Source: Candidatus Moraniibacteriota bacterium (lineage in GTDB: Bacteria > Patescibacteriota > Minisyncoccia > Moranbacterales > UBA1568). From it: a DNA stretch of 64,000 nucleotides. Below the pieces are notes generated by a model that saw nothing but the letters and a program-made list of their open reading frames with translations, was not told the origin of the DNA and made no database searches. The stretch's first letter is position 1; each line of letters opens with the position of its first letter. The stretch lies in the NCBI GenBank assembly GCA_030648835.1, contig JAUSGT010000001.1:133010-197009 (forward strand). The letters are read 5' to 3'. A program made the translations under genes and the position numbers. Positions 19,818 to 29,278 of the stretch are shown here, piece after piece.

Positions 19818-21110
19818 ATGAAGATTCTTTTTGTTTCTGGGGAACTGATCGCCGGAGATGTCGCCTATCGCCTTAAAAAGGAAGGTTGTGAGGTGAAGCT
19901 TTTTATAGAACATCCTAACCTACAGCATGGTCTGGATGGCTTTATTGAGAAGACATCCGATTGGAGAAAGGAATTGTCTTGGGTCGGTAAGGAAGGGTTA
20001 ATCGTCTTTGATGACGTCGGATATGGGAAAGAACAAGACGAATTGCGAAAAGCCGGATATCGCGTAGTGGGTGGGAGCGAAAGCGGGGACAAACTTGAAC
20101 TAAACCGAGAGTATGGACAGTGGGTGTTGGCCCAACACGGAATGAATATCATCCCGACTTTTAATTTCCACGATGTCAGCGATGCTATCAAATTTGTTTC
20201 AGATCGCGGGGGTGTTTGGGTGGTAAAGCAAAATAGCCATCAAAGCGCTTTGAATTACGTTGGTGCTTTAGAGGACGGACGGGATGTGATAAACGTTCTG
20301 GAAATCTACAGACGTAATGGAATAAAAAATATCACTCTGCAGGAAAAAATTTATGGTATCGAAATGAGCATAAATAGGTATTTCAATGGGCGGGAGTGGG
20401 TTGGGCCAAGCGAGATTACCATCGAGCACAAGAGCTTGTTCAATGATAATCTTGGTCCAAAAACCGGTGAGATGGGCAATCTGATGTGGTATGATGATAG
20501 TGAGGGGAAGTTCTTTAAAGAAACGCTGGATAAGCTGAAGCCGTTTTTACAGGAAACCAACTTTCGCGGCGATATTGACATCAACTGTTTTATTAAGGAA
20601 GATAAGGTTTTTCCTATCGAAGCGACATCTCGCTTTGGCTGTCCAATCACTCACTCACAAAGCGTAATGCATATCTCGCCTTGGCGTGAATTTCTGGAAG
20701 CTGTGGCAGATGGGAAAGATTTTACGCTTGAGCATAAGAACGGCTATTGTATCGCGCTTACTATCGCCGTGCCCCCGTATCCGTATGAGGGATCTTTAGA
20801 TAAAGCATATTCGCCGGAAGGCCTCGAAATTTTTTTCAAGGATGACTGTATTGAAAAAGAAAGAGAGCATTTTCATTTCGAAGGGGCTATCAAACGGATC
20901 GAGGGTGAAAAAAAACGATATTTTGTATGCCGTAGTCTTGGTTGCGTATTGTATGTCACCGGATATGGCAAAAGTGTTGAGGAGGCACGTGAAGCGGTCT
21001 ATGCTCGTGCAAAAAAAGTTATCATACCGAAAGTGTTTTATCGCACCGATATAGGGATGCCATTTATAAATTCAGATCAGGAAGTACTGAAGAAATGGGG
21101 ATGGATCTAA
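19818..21110 (+). CDS. PurD-like ATP-grasp ligase
   Basis: EHKSLFNDNLGPKTGEMG, IEATSRFG, FYRTDIG. Confidence 0.75.
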   Translation: MKILFVSGELIAGDVAYRLKKEGCEVKLFIEHPNLQHGLDGFIEKTSDWRKELSWVGKEGLIVFDDVGYGKEQDELRKAGYRVVGGSESGDKLELNREYGQWVLAQHGMNIIPTFNFHDVSDAIKFVSDRGGVWVVKQNSHQSALNYVGALEDGRDVINVLEIYRRNGIKNITLQEKIYGIEMSINRYFNGREWVGPSEITIEHKSLFNDNLGPKTGEMGNLMWYDDSEGKFFKETLDKLKPFLQETNFRGDIDINCFIKEDKVFPIEATSRFGCPITHSQSVMHISPWREFLEAVADGKDFTLEHKNGYCIALTIAVPPYPYEGSLDKAYSPEGLEIFFKDDCIEKEREHFHFEGAIKRIEGEKKRYFVCRSLGCVLYVTGYGKSVEEAREAVYARAKKVIIPKVFYRTDIGMPFINSDQEVLKKWGWI

Positions 21111-21124
21111 TAATATAAAAATAT

Positions 21125-22813
21125 ATGGAATTCAACCTTATTAGTAATATCGAGAATTGTTATTTTGATATATCTCCGCTTATTTATTATTCCCATATCC
21201 CAACCTCCATCGCCGCTCTTATACTGAGCGTTTATGTCTTTTTTAAAAATCGATCGTTGGCCGGCGGAGCGCTTTTGACTATAGCCGTGCTTTTTTCATT
21301 ATGGAATGTGGTTGACCTTGTCGTGTGGGTTGATAAAGATAGCGGCATGGTAATGCTTTTTTGGTCTACCCTTTATATTTTGCAGAGTTTGATCTTAGCA
21401 GCCACCCTATACTTTTCTTACGTATATCTTGAGAAAAAAGATGTCCCTATAGGGAAGAAGATCATAGGATCGATTTTTCTCTTGCCTCTTATAATTTCCA
21501 TTCCGACAGAATGGCTTCTTACCGGATTTGATACGGTGATTTGCGAATCTCAGCAGGGACTCCTCATCAAATATTTTTATTATGTCCAAGGAATATTCTT
21601 ATTGTGGATTCTCCTGTATTTTATTTGGAAATTTAGGAATAAATCGGGGAAGATTGAAAAAAGACAGACCATATTGTTTTTTATAGGAGTAGTCTTTTTC
21701 CTCGTCGCGTTCACTTGGGGCAATTTCGTAGGAAGTTTGACATTGAATTGGGAGGCAGAGCAATATGGCTTGATCGGGATGCCGGTATTTATCGGGTTTT
21801 TGGCTTTCCTCATCGTTCGTTATAAGGCATTCGATATGAAATTACTCGGTGCCCAAGCCTTGGTAGCAGCCCAATTTATTCTCATCGGCGCGATGTTTTT
21901 CTATGCACAAAGCTTGACCAATAAAGTCTTGATTGGGGTAACGCTCTTCGGTACGACAATTATGGGCTGGTATGTAATCCGGTCGGTGAAAGTAGAAATT
22001 GAGCGCAAGGAGGAACTGCAGAAGATATCGGATGCCCTGGCGATTGCTAATACTCGATTGAAGGAGCTGGACCTGACCAAATCAGAATTCATTTCCATCG
22101 CGTCGCACCAACTGCGGACGCCACTGACGGCTATCAAAGGCTACATTTCTCTCATTCTTGAAGGTTCGTATGGTAAGGTGCCCGCCGTGATCCAGGATGT
22201 CTTGGACAAAGTGTACACGGTAAACAGTCGGCTGGTACATCTGGTGGAGGATCTCCTCAATGTTTCGCGTATCGAGGCGGGGCGCATCCAGTACAGTTTT
22301 GCACCGACACAGCTGGAGCCTCTCGTTGCCGAGTTGGTGGAAATGTTCACCTCCACAGCCAAGCAGAAAAATTTGTTCCTCAAGATGCAATTGGCGAAAA
22401 AGTCACTCCCGCAACTGACCATCGATCCGAACAAGATCAAAGAAGTGCTCTCCAATCTGATCGATAACGCCCTCAAATATACGAAAGAGGGCGGAGTGAC
22501 CGTGTCGCTCGAGAGTACTCCGGATATCGCGCGGATTGCCGTCACTGACACGGGTATCGGTATCCGTCCGGAGGATGAGAAGAATCTGTTCGAGAAGTTC
22601 GTGCGCACCAAAGAAACGACCAAGATGGTGGCGTCCGGCGCCGGGCTTGGTCTGTATGTCGGCAAGAACTTCGTCGAAGCGCATGGCGGTCGTCTTTTTG
22701 CCGAATCCGATGGAGCAGGGAAGGGTTCGCGGTTTATTATCGAATTGCCCCTCGTCAATCCGAACATTCATATAGGCACTTCCGATCAGCCATCTCCTTC
22801 GGAAAAAACATAG
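21125..22813 (+). CDS. Membrane sensor histidine kinase
   Basis: Multi-TM N-terminus; SIASHQLRTPL (H box), NLIDNALKY, DTGIG, GAGLGL. Confidence 0.93.
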   Translation: MEFNLISNIENCYFDISPLIYYSHIPTSIAALILSVYVFFKNRSLAGGALLTIAVLFSLWNVVDLVVWVDKDSGMVMLFWSTLYILQSLILAATLYFSYVYLEKKDVPIGKKIIGSIFLLPLIISIPTEWLLTGFDTVICESQQGLLIKYFYYVQGIFLLWILLYFIWKFRNKSGKIEKRQTILFFIGVVFFLVAFTWGNFVGSLTLNWEAEQYGLIGMPVFIGFLAFLIVRYKAFDMKLLGAQALVAAQFILIGAMFFYAQSLTNKVLIGVTLFGTTIMGWYVIRSVKVEIERKEELQKISDALAIANTRLKELDLTKSEFISIASHQLRTPLTAIKGYISLILEGSYGKVPAVIQDVLDKVYTVNSRLVHLVEDLLNVSRIEAGRIQYSFAPTQLEPLVAELVEMFTSTAKQKNLFLKMQLAKKSLPQLTIDPNKIKEVLSNLIDNALKYTKEGGVTVSLESTPDIARIAVTDTGIGIRPEDEKNLFEKFVRTKETTKMVASGAGLGLYVGKNFVEAHGGRLFAESDGAGKGSRFIIELPLVNPNIHIGTSDQPSPSEKT

Positions 22814-22907
22814 CTTTCTTTACAAACTAGTCAATTTAGCATACCCTCTTAATTAAGATGGTAAATAGTGGAACCTTAACAAATTACAGAGGGAAAGAGG
22901 CTTAATC

Positions 22908-23915
22908 ATGAGAAAAAATAGTTTTTATTTTCAGTGGCACATTACTGACTTTTGCGGAAACCGATGTGAACACTGCTATATAAACGAGTTTAACAAGAAC
23001 CGGGTTTCTCTGGTAGCAGCGAAGAATATTTTGGCGGATATGAAGGATTGTTGTGTGGAGCTGGATGCCGACATGATCCTTTCCATAACCGGTGGCGACC
23101 CGCTTACTCACCCTGAGATTTGGACTATTTTGAATGAGGCCAGGACGATTGCGGGCAAGTTGGCGGTGCTTGGAAATCCTGAACTGGTCAATGACAAGAA
23201 TATCCACAAGCTAAAGGCGGCTGGTATTAATTGGTATCAGCTTTCGCTTGATGGTTTGGAAATGACTCACGATAGGATTCGGAGTAAAGGAAGTTTCAAA
23301 AGAACCATCAAGGGCATCAAATTGTTAACGGCCACAGGGATTCCAGTCGTTATTAATTCCACTGTTTCTGGGACAAATTATCGCGAGATGGTGGATGTTA
23401 TGAAGCTTTCTCATGATTTAGGCGCTAGCAAATGGTCCTTTGCTAGGTGGGTTCCTGATAGCGGGACATGCGGAATGTCAGCAGTGGAATACCGCAAGTT
23501 TCTTGAAAAAATATGTACGGAACAAAAGGCATACAACGAGGACGCTACGGGTTTTGTAGCTGGTGATTCTTTGATGTATCCCGTTATTTCCGAGCCAATG
23601 AATTGCGATAGCATCGTAGGCGGGTGTGCCCTGGGAAGTTCGGTTCTGTGTATTTTGCCGGACAACACGGTAATGGCTTGTCGCAGACATAAAGACAGTG
23701 TTTTGGGGAAATGGCAGCTTGGCGGTGATTTATTGGATTTCTTTTTGTTTAATCCTAAAATGGAGGAGTACAGACAGACGGAAAAAATTATTGGGTGTAG
23801 TAAATGTTCTTTCAAATCTCAATGTAGGGGTTGCAGAGCCGTTGCTTTTGCTGACAGCGGCAACACACTTGGGAGAGATCCTCAGTGTGTTCTTATCAGC
23901 AATCACGTGTCATGA
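22908..23915 (+). CDS. Radical SAM/SPASM domain protein
   Basis: CGNRCEHC, TGGDP; SPASM cysteines C..MAC...CSKC..KSQCRGC...DPQC. Confidence 0.9.
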   Translation: MRKNSFYFQWHITDFCGNRCEHCYINEFNKNRVSLVAAKNILADMKDCCVELDADMILSITGGDPLTHPEIWTILNEARTIAGKLAVLGNPELVNDKNIHKLKAAGINWYQLSLDGLEMTHDRIRSKGSFKRTIKGIKLLTATGIPVVINSTVSGTNYREMVDVMKLSHDLGASKWSFARWVPDSGTCGMSAVEYRKFLEKICTEQKAYNEDATGFVAGDSLMYPVISEPMNCDSIVGGCALGSSVLCILPDNTVMACRRHKDSVLGKWQLGGDLLDFFLFNPKMEEYRQTEKIIGCSKCSFKSQCRGCRAVAFADSGNTLGRDPQCVLISNHVS

Positions 23916-23926
23916 AGGAGAGCAGG

Positions 23927-24058
23927 ATGAACAAGCGAATCAGTAAGCGCAGGAAGATGCAGGTACGGGCGGCCGTAAAGCGGCTGTCAAAACTGGGGTT
24001 CATCTCCAGGGCGAAAAACAAGAAGTGCACCATCTGTACGGGAATGGATGGGGACTAA
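23927..24058 (+). CDS. 43-aa putative RiPP precursor peptide (not in ORF track)
   Basis: MNKRISKRRKMQVRAAVKRLSKLGFISRAKNKKCTICTGMDGD*; AAGGAG upstream; starts 11 nt after the rSAM stop. Confidence 0.6.
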   Translation: MNKRISKRRKMQVRAAVKRLSKLGFISRAKNKKCTICTGMDGD

Positions 24059-24089
24059 TCCGGTCCAGGAATGTACGGCGCGTGGCACA

Positions 24090-24118
24090 GGGGAAGGGAC
24101 TCACCAGTCCTTTCCCCC
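24090..24118 (+). terminator. Hairpin after the small peptide gene
   Basis: GGGGAAGGGACT-CACC-AGTCCTTTCCCC followed by an AT-rich tract. Confidence 0.55.
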
Positions 24119-24144
24119 TATTATTTAAATTCATTTTGAATTAT

Positions 24145-24768
24145 ATGAGAAGCTTGGAGGTGAAAAATTTTTATAATAAGAATATCGATAAATACGCTAA
24201 TGGATTTAGCGCCTCTTTTGTTTTTGAAGAGGGCTTGGACCAGTTTGCGAGTTTTATACCTTCTGGTGCTTTGATTTTAGATGTAGGATCCGGATTAGGT
24301 CAAGATACTGAATATCTAGCTAAAAAAGGATATATCACTTTGGGAATAGACATTTCAAAGGAAATGATAAAATATTCTTTAGATAATAGAACGAAGGGAA
24401 TATTTATTAATACTGACTTTTTCAAGGTGGGTGACATTTTTAAGGATGATTGTTTTGGTGGATTATGGGTATCTTCTTCCATACTAACCCACATTGGCAA
24501 AAGAGATATCGGAAAGTTTTTTAAAGGGGTAAAAAAGTTGCTTTTACCTGAAGGTATCCTCGGTATGGTTGTCAGTCAAGATAAATTTAAAAGAAAATCT
24601 AAAATACCTTTTAATAATTTTTCTAAAAAAGAAATTACCTCGCTTATAACTGAGAATGGCTTTGAGCTTATTGAATTTAAGAATTTGAGGTTAGAAGAGT
24701 CAAATTGGTTTTTCATTCTTGCAAAAAACTCAACGAATAATGCTGGAAATACTGCTCAATCTGTTTAA
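24145..24768 (+). CDS. Class I SAM-dependent methyltransferase
   Basis: ILDVGSGLG, GIDISKEM; very AT-rich; start at ATG 24145. Confidence 0.85.
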   Translation: MRSLEVKNFYNKNIDKYANGFSASFVFEEGLDQFASFIPSGALILDVGSGLGQDTEYLAKKGYITLGIDISKEMIKYSLDNRTKGIFINTDFFKVGDIFKDDCFGGLWVSSSILTHIGKRDIGKFFKGVKKLLLPEGILGMVVSQDKFKRKSKIPFNNFSKKEITSLITENGFELIEFKNLRLEESNWFFILAKNSTNNAGNTAQSV

Positions 24769-24827
24769 TTCTTGATTTTTAGCCTCTTATCGGGTATTCT
24801 GTTGTTATTGGGAAAAACATATATACT

Positions 24828-25637
24828 ATGCCGAAAATCCTTTTTGTTGAGGACGATCCGTTTATTGCGGAGATTTATAAAAAGAAATTTGAAAGTTCCG
24901 GTTTCGATGTGTTGAATGTGGTGACCGGTAAGGCAGTGCTGAAAGAGGCATTGGAGCAGAAATTTGATCTGATTCTTTTGGATCTGGTGATCCCGGAATT
25001 GAGCGGGGTTGAGGTATTGCGTGAGCTGCGGCACAATCCGGCGTATGATCCGAATCTGAAGGTGGTTGTTTTCAGCAATCTGAGTTCGACGGAAGATCGT
25101 GAGGAATGCCTGAAACTGGGTGCCAACGGCTTCATTTCCAAAACGGAATTCTCCCCGAAGGAGGTAGTGGTGGAAATCAATCGTTTCCTCAACCAGTTCA
25201 GCGAGCAAAAGAAGAACTTCTCGCGTCAGGAGAAAGCTCCGGCGCAGCAAGTGAAGCTTGGAAAACGAATATTGCTTATCGAGGATGAAGAGGTGTTCGT
25301 CGAGATGTTCGGTAAGCGTTTGCGCGATGAAGGCTACGAAGTGGTGACTGAGATGAATGGTACAGCCGGCCTCGATACGGCGGTAAAAGAGCATTTTGAT
25401 ATGATTATTTCGGATGTGATGATGCCGGGGATGGAAGGCAGCGAAGCTATCCGCCGTTTGAAGGAGATCGAGGGCAAAGAATCCGTGCCGATTTTTTTCT
25501 TTTCTGCCTCGCTCGATGATCAGCATCTGAAAGCTTTGACTGATTCCGGCCTGGGGGATAGGACATTCCTCAAAACACAGATAACACCGAGCGAACTGAC
25601 CTACGCCGTCAATGATTTTTTCAAGGAGCGGAAGTAA
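24828..25637 (+). CDS. Response regulator with two receiver domains
   Basis: ILFVEDD...DLILLD and ILLIEDE...DMIISDVMMP. Confidence 0.9.
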   Translation: MPKILFVEDDPFIAEIYKKKFESSGFDVLNVVTGKAVLKEALEQKFDLILLDLVIPELSGVEVLRELRHNPAYDPNLKVVVFSNLSSTEDREECLKLGANGFISKTEFSPKEVVVEINRFLNQFSEQKKNFSRQEKAPAQQVKLGKRILLIEDEEVFVEMFGKRLRDEGYEVVTEMNGTAGLDTAVKEHFDMIISDVMMPGMEGSEAIRRLKEIEGKESVPIFFFSASLDDQHLKALTDSGLGDRTFLKTQITPSELTYAVNDFFKERK

Positions 25638-25640
25638 GGT

Positions 25641-25772
25641 TATGCCCGGTAGTGAAACTTCGACTGGGTATTTGAAAAAGATTTGATAAGAGCGGGAACG
25701 TCGCGAGGATAAACATTGATTTGAATTTCCAAGGTTTTTACGGAAACTGTCGAAGTTCTACTACCGGGTATG
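25641..25772 (+). mobile_element. Start-codon-associated inverted-repeat element, copy 4 (type A)
   Basis: TATG-CCCGGTAGTGAAACTTCGAC...GTCGAAGTTCTACTACCGGG-TATG; 124-bp core; ends on the aspS ATG; interior homologous to copy 2. Confidence 0.8.
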
Positions 25773-27179
25773 AATCGAATACTGATACAAGAAACGCCAC
25801 AACATATCGGAGAGACGGTAAAGCTTTGCGGTTGGGTGGATGTGCGGAGAGATCACGGCAAATTGATATTTATCGATTTGCGTGATATGAGTGGCAAGGT
25901 GCAGATGATAATTCTTCCGAATCATGCGGAGGCTCACCAAGTAGCACAAACACTACGCTGTGAATGGGTGATAGAAGTGACCGGGCAGGTAAACACTCGG
26001 CCGGAAAAACTGGTTAACAAAGAACAGCCCAATGGCGCTATCGAAATAGAAGTGCTGTCCATAAATATTTTAAATGAAGCGGAAACGCCACCGTTTGACG
26101 TAACTTCGGATGGCAAGGAGATCAACGAAGAGGTCCGTCTCAAGTATCGTTACTTGGATTTGCGACGTGAAAGGATGCAGCGCAATTTGAGGATGCGTGA
26201 TAAGGTCATCACTTTCTTCCGAGAGTATATGCATGGGGAGAATTTTGTGGAAATCGAGACCCCACTTCTTATGAAAGGTACGCCCGAGGGATCACGGGAA
26301 TATCTCGTTCCGTCTCGTTTGGAAAAAGGGAGGTTTTACGCGTTGCCACAATCCCCGCAACAATACAAGCAATTGTGTATGGTAGCGGGATTCGAACGGT
26401 ATTTTCAGATAGCTCGCTGTATGCGCGATGAAGACTTGCGCGGCGATCGCCAGCCGGAGTTCACGCAGCTCGATTATGAGATGTCCTTCGTTACACAGGA
26501 AGATGTTTTGCGGTTTACCGAGAAGATGTTTGTCGAGATGGTGCAGAAATTATTTCCTGAAAAACATATTTCGCAAGTGCCTTTTCCACGGTTGACCTAT
26601 AAGGAGTCAATGGAAAAATATGGTTCCGACAAGCCGGACCTGAGGCAGGATAAAAACAATCCAAACGAATTGGCTTTCGCGTGGATAGTGGACTTTCCGA
26701 TGTTTGAGAAAACAGATGACGGTACAATTCAGGCTGCCCATCACCCGTTCTGTTCCATAAAAGAAGAGGATGTCGAAAAGTTTATGCAAGGAGAGGATCT
26801 GTTCAATATTCGCGCAAATTCATACGATTTGGTATTGAATGGTTATGAACTCAGTTCGGGGAGTATTCGTATTCATAAGAGAGAAATACAAAAGCAGGTT
26901 TTCAAGCTACTCGATATTTCAGAAGAGGAGCAAAAAGAAAAATTTGGGCATATGCTGGAAGCGTTTACCTATGGCGCCCCGCCGCACGGGGGGTTCGCTC
27001 CGGGGATCGATCGCATCGTGATGCTTCTTATGGGTGAACCCAATATCCGCGAGGTGATCGCTTTTCCCAAGACGGGAGAAGGCAGAGAACTGATGACAAA
27101 ATCACCATCGAAAGTTTCACCAAAACAGCTCATTGAGCTTGGTTTGCGTGTTGTGACGGAACCAAAAACAGACAAATAA
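25770..27179 (+). CDS. aspS: Aspartate--tRNA ligase, short form, probably non-discriminating
   Basis: RRDHGKLIFIDLRD, LPQSPQ, RGDRQPEFTQLD, GAPPHGG.APGIDR. Confidence 0.95.
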   Translation: MNRILIQETPQHIGETVKLCGWVDVRRDHGKLIFIDLRDMSGKVQMIILPNHAEAHQVAQTLRCEWVIEVTGQVNTRPEKLVNKEQPNGAIEIEVLSINILNEAETPPFDVTSDGKEINEEVRLKYRYLDLRRERMQRNLRMRDKVITFFREYMHGENFVEIETPLLMKGTPEGSREYLVPSRLEKGRFYALPQSPQQYKQLCMVAGFERYFQIARCMRDEDLRGDRQPEFTQLDYEMSFVTQEDVLRFTEKMFVEMVQKLFPEKHISQVPFPRLTYKESMEKYGSDKPDLRQDKNNPNELAFAWIVDFPMFEKTDDGTIQAAHHPFCSIKEEDVEKFMQGEDLFNIRANSYDLVLNGYELSSGSIRIHKREIQKQVFKLLDISEEEQKEKFGHMLEAFTYGAPPHGGFAPGIDRIVMLLMGEPNIREVIAFPKTGEGRELMTKSPSKVSPKQLIELGLRVVTEPKTDK

Positions 27180-27186
27180 TAACCCT

Positions 27187-27948
27187 ATGTCTGTTGTCGT
27201 CGCTATTGGAGGAGGGGAATTGAAAGATTTGGAAACTCTTTCAATTGATCGAGAGATTGTCAGATTAACCGGCAAGAAAAAATCACGCGCGCTTTTTATT
27301 CCGACGGCCAGCGGAGATGCCCCGGGCTATGTCGAAACTTTTCACACGGTGTATGGGAAAAGACTACACTGCAAAACAGACGCGCTGCTTTTGATACGAG
27401 AAAAGCTTTCCAAAAAAACAATAGCGGAAAAAATTCTTTCTGCCGATATCATTTATGTCGGTGGCGGCAATACTTTGCGGATGCTTACAATCTGGCGGAA
27501 ACATGGAGTGGATATCCTGCTTCGAAAAGCATACGCGAAAGGTTGCATACTTTCTGGATTGAGTGCCGGCGCGAATTGTTGGTTTCGATATTGTTCAAGC
27601 GATGCGCGACTTTTCCAAAAAACCTCGCAGCCGTTTTCCTATATGCGGGTACGCGGATTGGATTTTATCCCAATGACAGTCAGTCCGCATCACATCCGAG
27701 AAAAAACGAGAGACAAGGGATTGGAAAAGATAATGCGTAAAACACCGGGTGTCGGATTGGCAATCGATGACAATGCGGCAGTGGTTTTTGAAGGAGACCG
27801 TTACAGGATAATCACATCTGTTCCTACTGTCGGAGCGAAAAAGGTTTCTGTGAAGAAAGGAAAAATAGTCTGGGAAATTTTGCCGAAAAGTGGAAAAATA
27901 TCGGAAATGCTCAAAAAATCTAAGTCGATTAAACGGCTGATTCTGTGA
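27187..27948 (+). CDS. Peptidase S51 family protein
   Basis: FIPTASGD, YVGGGNT, GLSAGA, SPH. Confidence 0.82.
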   Translation: MSVVVAIGGGELKDLETLSIDREIVRLTGKKKSRALFIPTASGDAPGYVETFHTVYGKRLHCKTDALLLIREKLSKKTIAEKILSADIIYVGGGNTLRMLTIWRKHGVDILLRKAYAKGCILSGLSAGANCWFRYCSSDARLFQKTSQPFSYMRVRGLDFIPMTVSPHHIREKTRDKGLEKIMRKTPGVGLAIDDNAAVVFEGDRYRIITSVPTVGAKKVSVKKGKIVWEILPKSGKISEMLKKSKSIKRLIL

Positions 27949-28048
27949 TTTTTCATTTGCATTACCGGTAACTGGAATATTTAGAGAAAATGGGATAGAA
28001 TGGGGTGTAAGGTCCTATTTTTTTGTCCGTTTTTTCTTTTTTATTGGT

Positions 28049-29143
28049 ATGTCCCAATTCCAACGTTTACTAAAAGGTCTCCAGAAAGGCATCATTGAGC
28101 GGTTTTTTGGCAATCTTACCCAGGATATCGGTATTGATCTCGGGACGGCCAACACGCTCGTCTATGTGCGTGGCAAGGGCATCGTCATCAATGAACCATC
28201 GGTTGTCGCGGTGAATCAACGGACCGGGCAGATCCTGGCTATCGGCCGCGAAGCAAAAAGGATGGTGGGGAAAACCCCGGGGCATATCGTCGCGACCCGT
28301 CCGCTTGTCGATGGAGTGGTGAGTGATTTTGAGGTGACTCAGCAGATGCTTCGTTATTTCATAAACAGGGTGACCAAGGAGAACTTCGCGTTTTTGCGTC
28401 GTCCCCGTGTGCTTATCGGTATCCCGTCCGGTGTGACGGAAGTAGAGAAGCGCGCCGTGATCGAAGCGACGCTCAATGCCGGGGCGCGCCAAGTATTTCT
28501 TATTGATGAACCGATGGCAGCCGCTATCGGGGCTCGCCTGCCGGTTATCGAGGCGACCGGCAATATGGTAGTGGACATCGGTGGAGGAACGACGGAAATT
28601 GCCGTGATCTCGCTTGGAGGAGTCGTCATCTCACGGAGCCTGCGCGTGGCGGGAGATGAGATGAATGAAGACATCGTGCGGTATAGTCGTGACGAATTCA
28701 ATATTTTGATTGGTGAGAAAACGGCGGAAGAGGCCAAGATCGCTATCGGGAGCGCCTATCCACTGCGTGATCGGTTGACTTTTCCTCTGCGCGGTCGGGA
28801 TTTGGTTTCCGGTTTGCCCAAGGAAGTGATCGCGACAGATGAACATATCCGTGAAGCCCTTTCGCGTTCCACTCGGATTATCGTCAACAGTATCAAAACG
28901 ATTGTCGAAGAAACTCCGCCGGAACTTTTGGCGGATATTATGCATAGCGGTATCATTTTGGCCGGCGGCGGCAGTTTGATTCGGGGTTTGGATAAACTGA
29001 TTGCCAACCAAACGGGTATCCCGGTACGTTTGATGGAAGACCCTTTGACCGCGGTCGTGCGTGGGACCGGTATCGTACTGGATGATATGGAAAGTTTGAA
29101 AGAGGTGCTTATTGCGGAAGAAGTGAATAGACCCCTTGGATGA
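28049..29143 (+). CDS. mreB: Rod shape-determining protein MreB
   Basis: GIDLGTANT, EPMAAAIG, VDIGGGTTE. Confidence 0.96.
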   Translation: MSQFQRLLKGLQKGIIERFFGNLTQDIGIDLGTANTLVYVRGKGIVINEPSVVAVNQRTGQILAIGREAKRMVGKTPGHIVATRPLVDGVVSDFEVTQQMLRYFINRVTKENFAFLRRPRVLIGIPSGVTEVEKRAVIEATLNAGARQVFLIDEPMAAAIGARLPVIEATGNMVVDIGGGTTEIAVISLGGVVISRSLRVAGDEMNEDIVRYSRDEFNILIGEKTAEEAKIAIGSAYPLRDRLTFPLRGRDLVSGLPKEVIATDEHIREALSRSTRIIVNSIKTIVEETPPELLADIMHSGIILAGGGSLIRGLDKLIANQTGIPVRLMEDPLTAVVRGTGIVLDDMESLKEVLIAEEVNRPLG

Positions 29144-29150
29144 GGAAAAT

Positions 29151-29257
29151 AATACCTAATTTCTAATATCTAATTCCTAATGAATGTTTCAATATCTCAC
29201 TTGAAAATTTAGAAATTAGACATTTTTTGGAAATTGGAAATTGGTAATTGGAAATTT
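29151..29257. repeat. Inverted pair of degenerate heptamer arrays
   Basis: AATACCT AATTTCT AATATCT AATTCCT ... TGGAAAT TGGAAAT TGGTAAT TGGAAAT. Confidence 0.7.
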
Positions 29258-29278
29258 GCAGGTACTCCTGCAGTGTCT

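Noticed and set aside
13160-24768. Prophage or defined genomic island
   Set aside because: Accessory content is present, but there is no integrase, phage structural gene or bounding att repeat.
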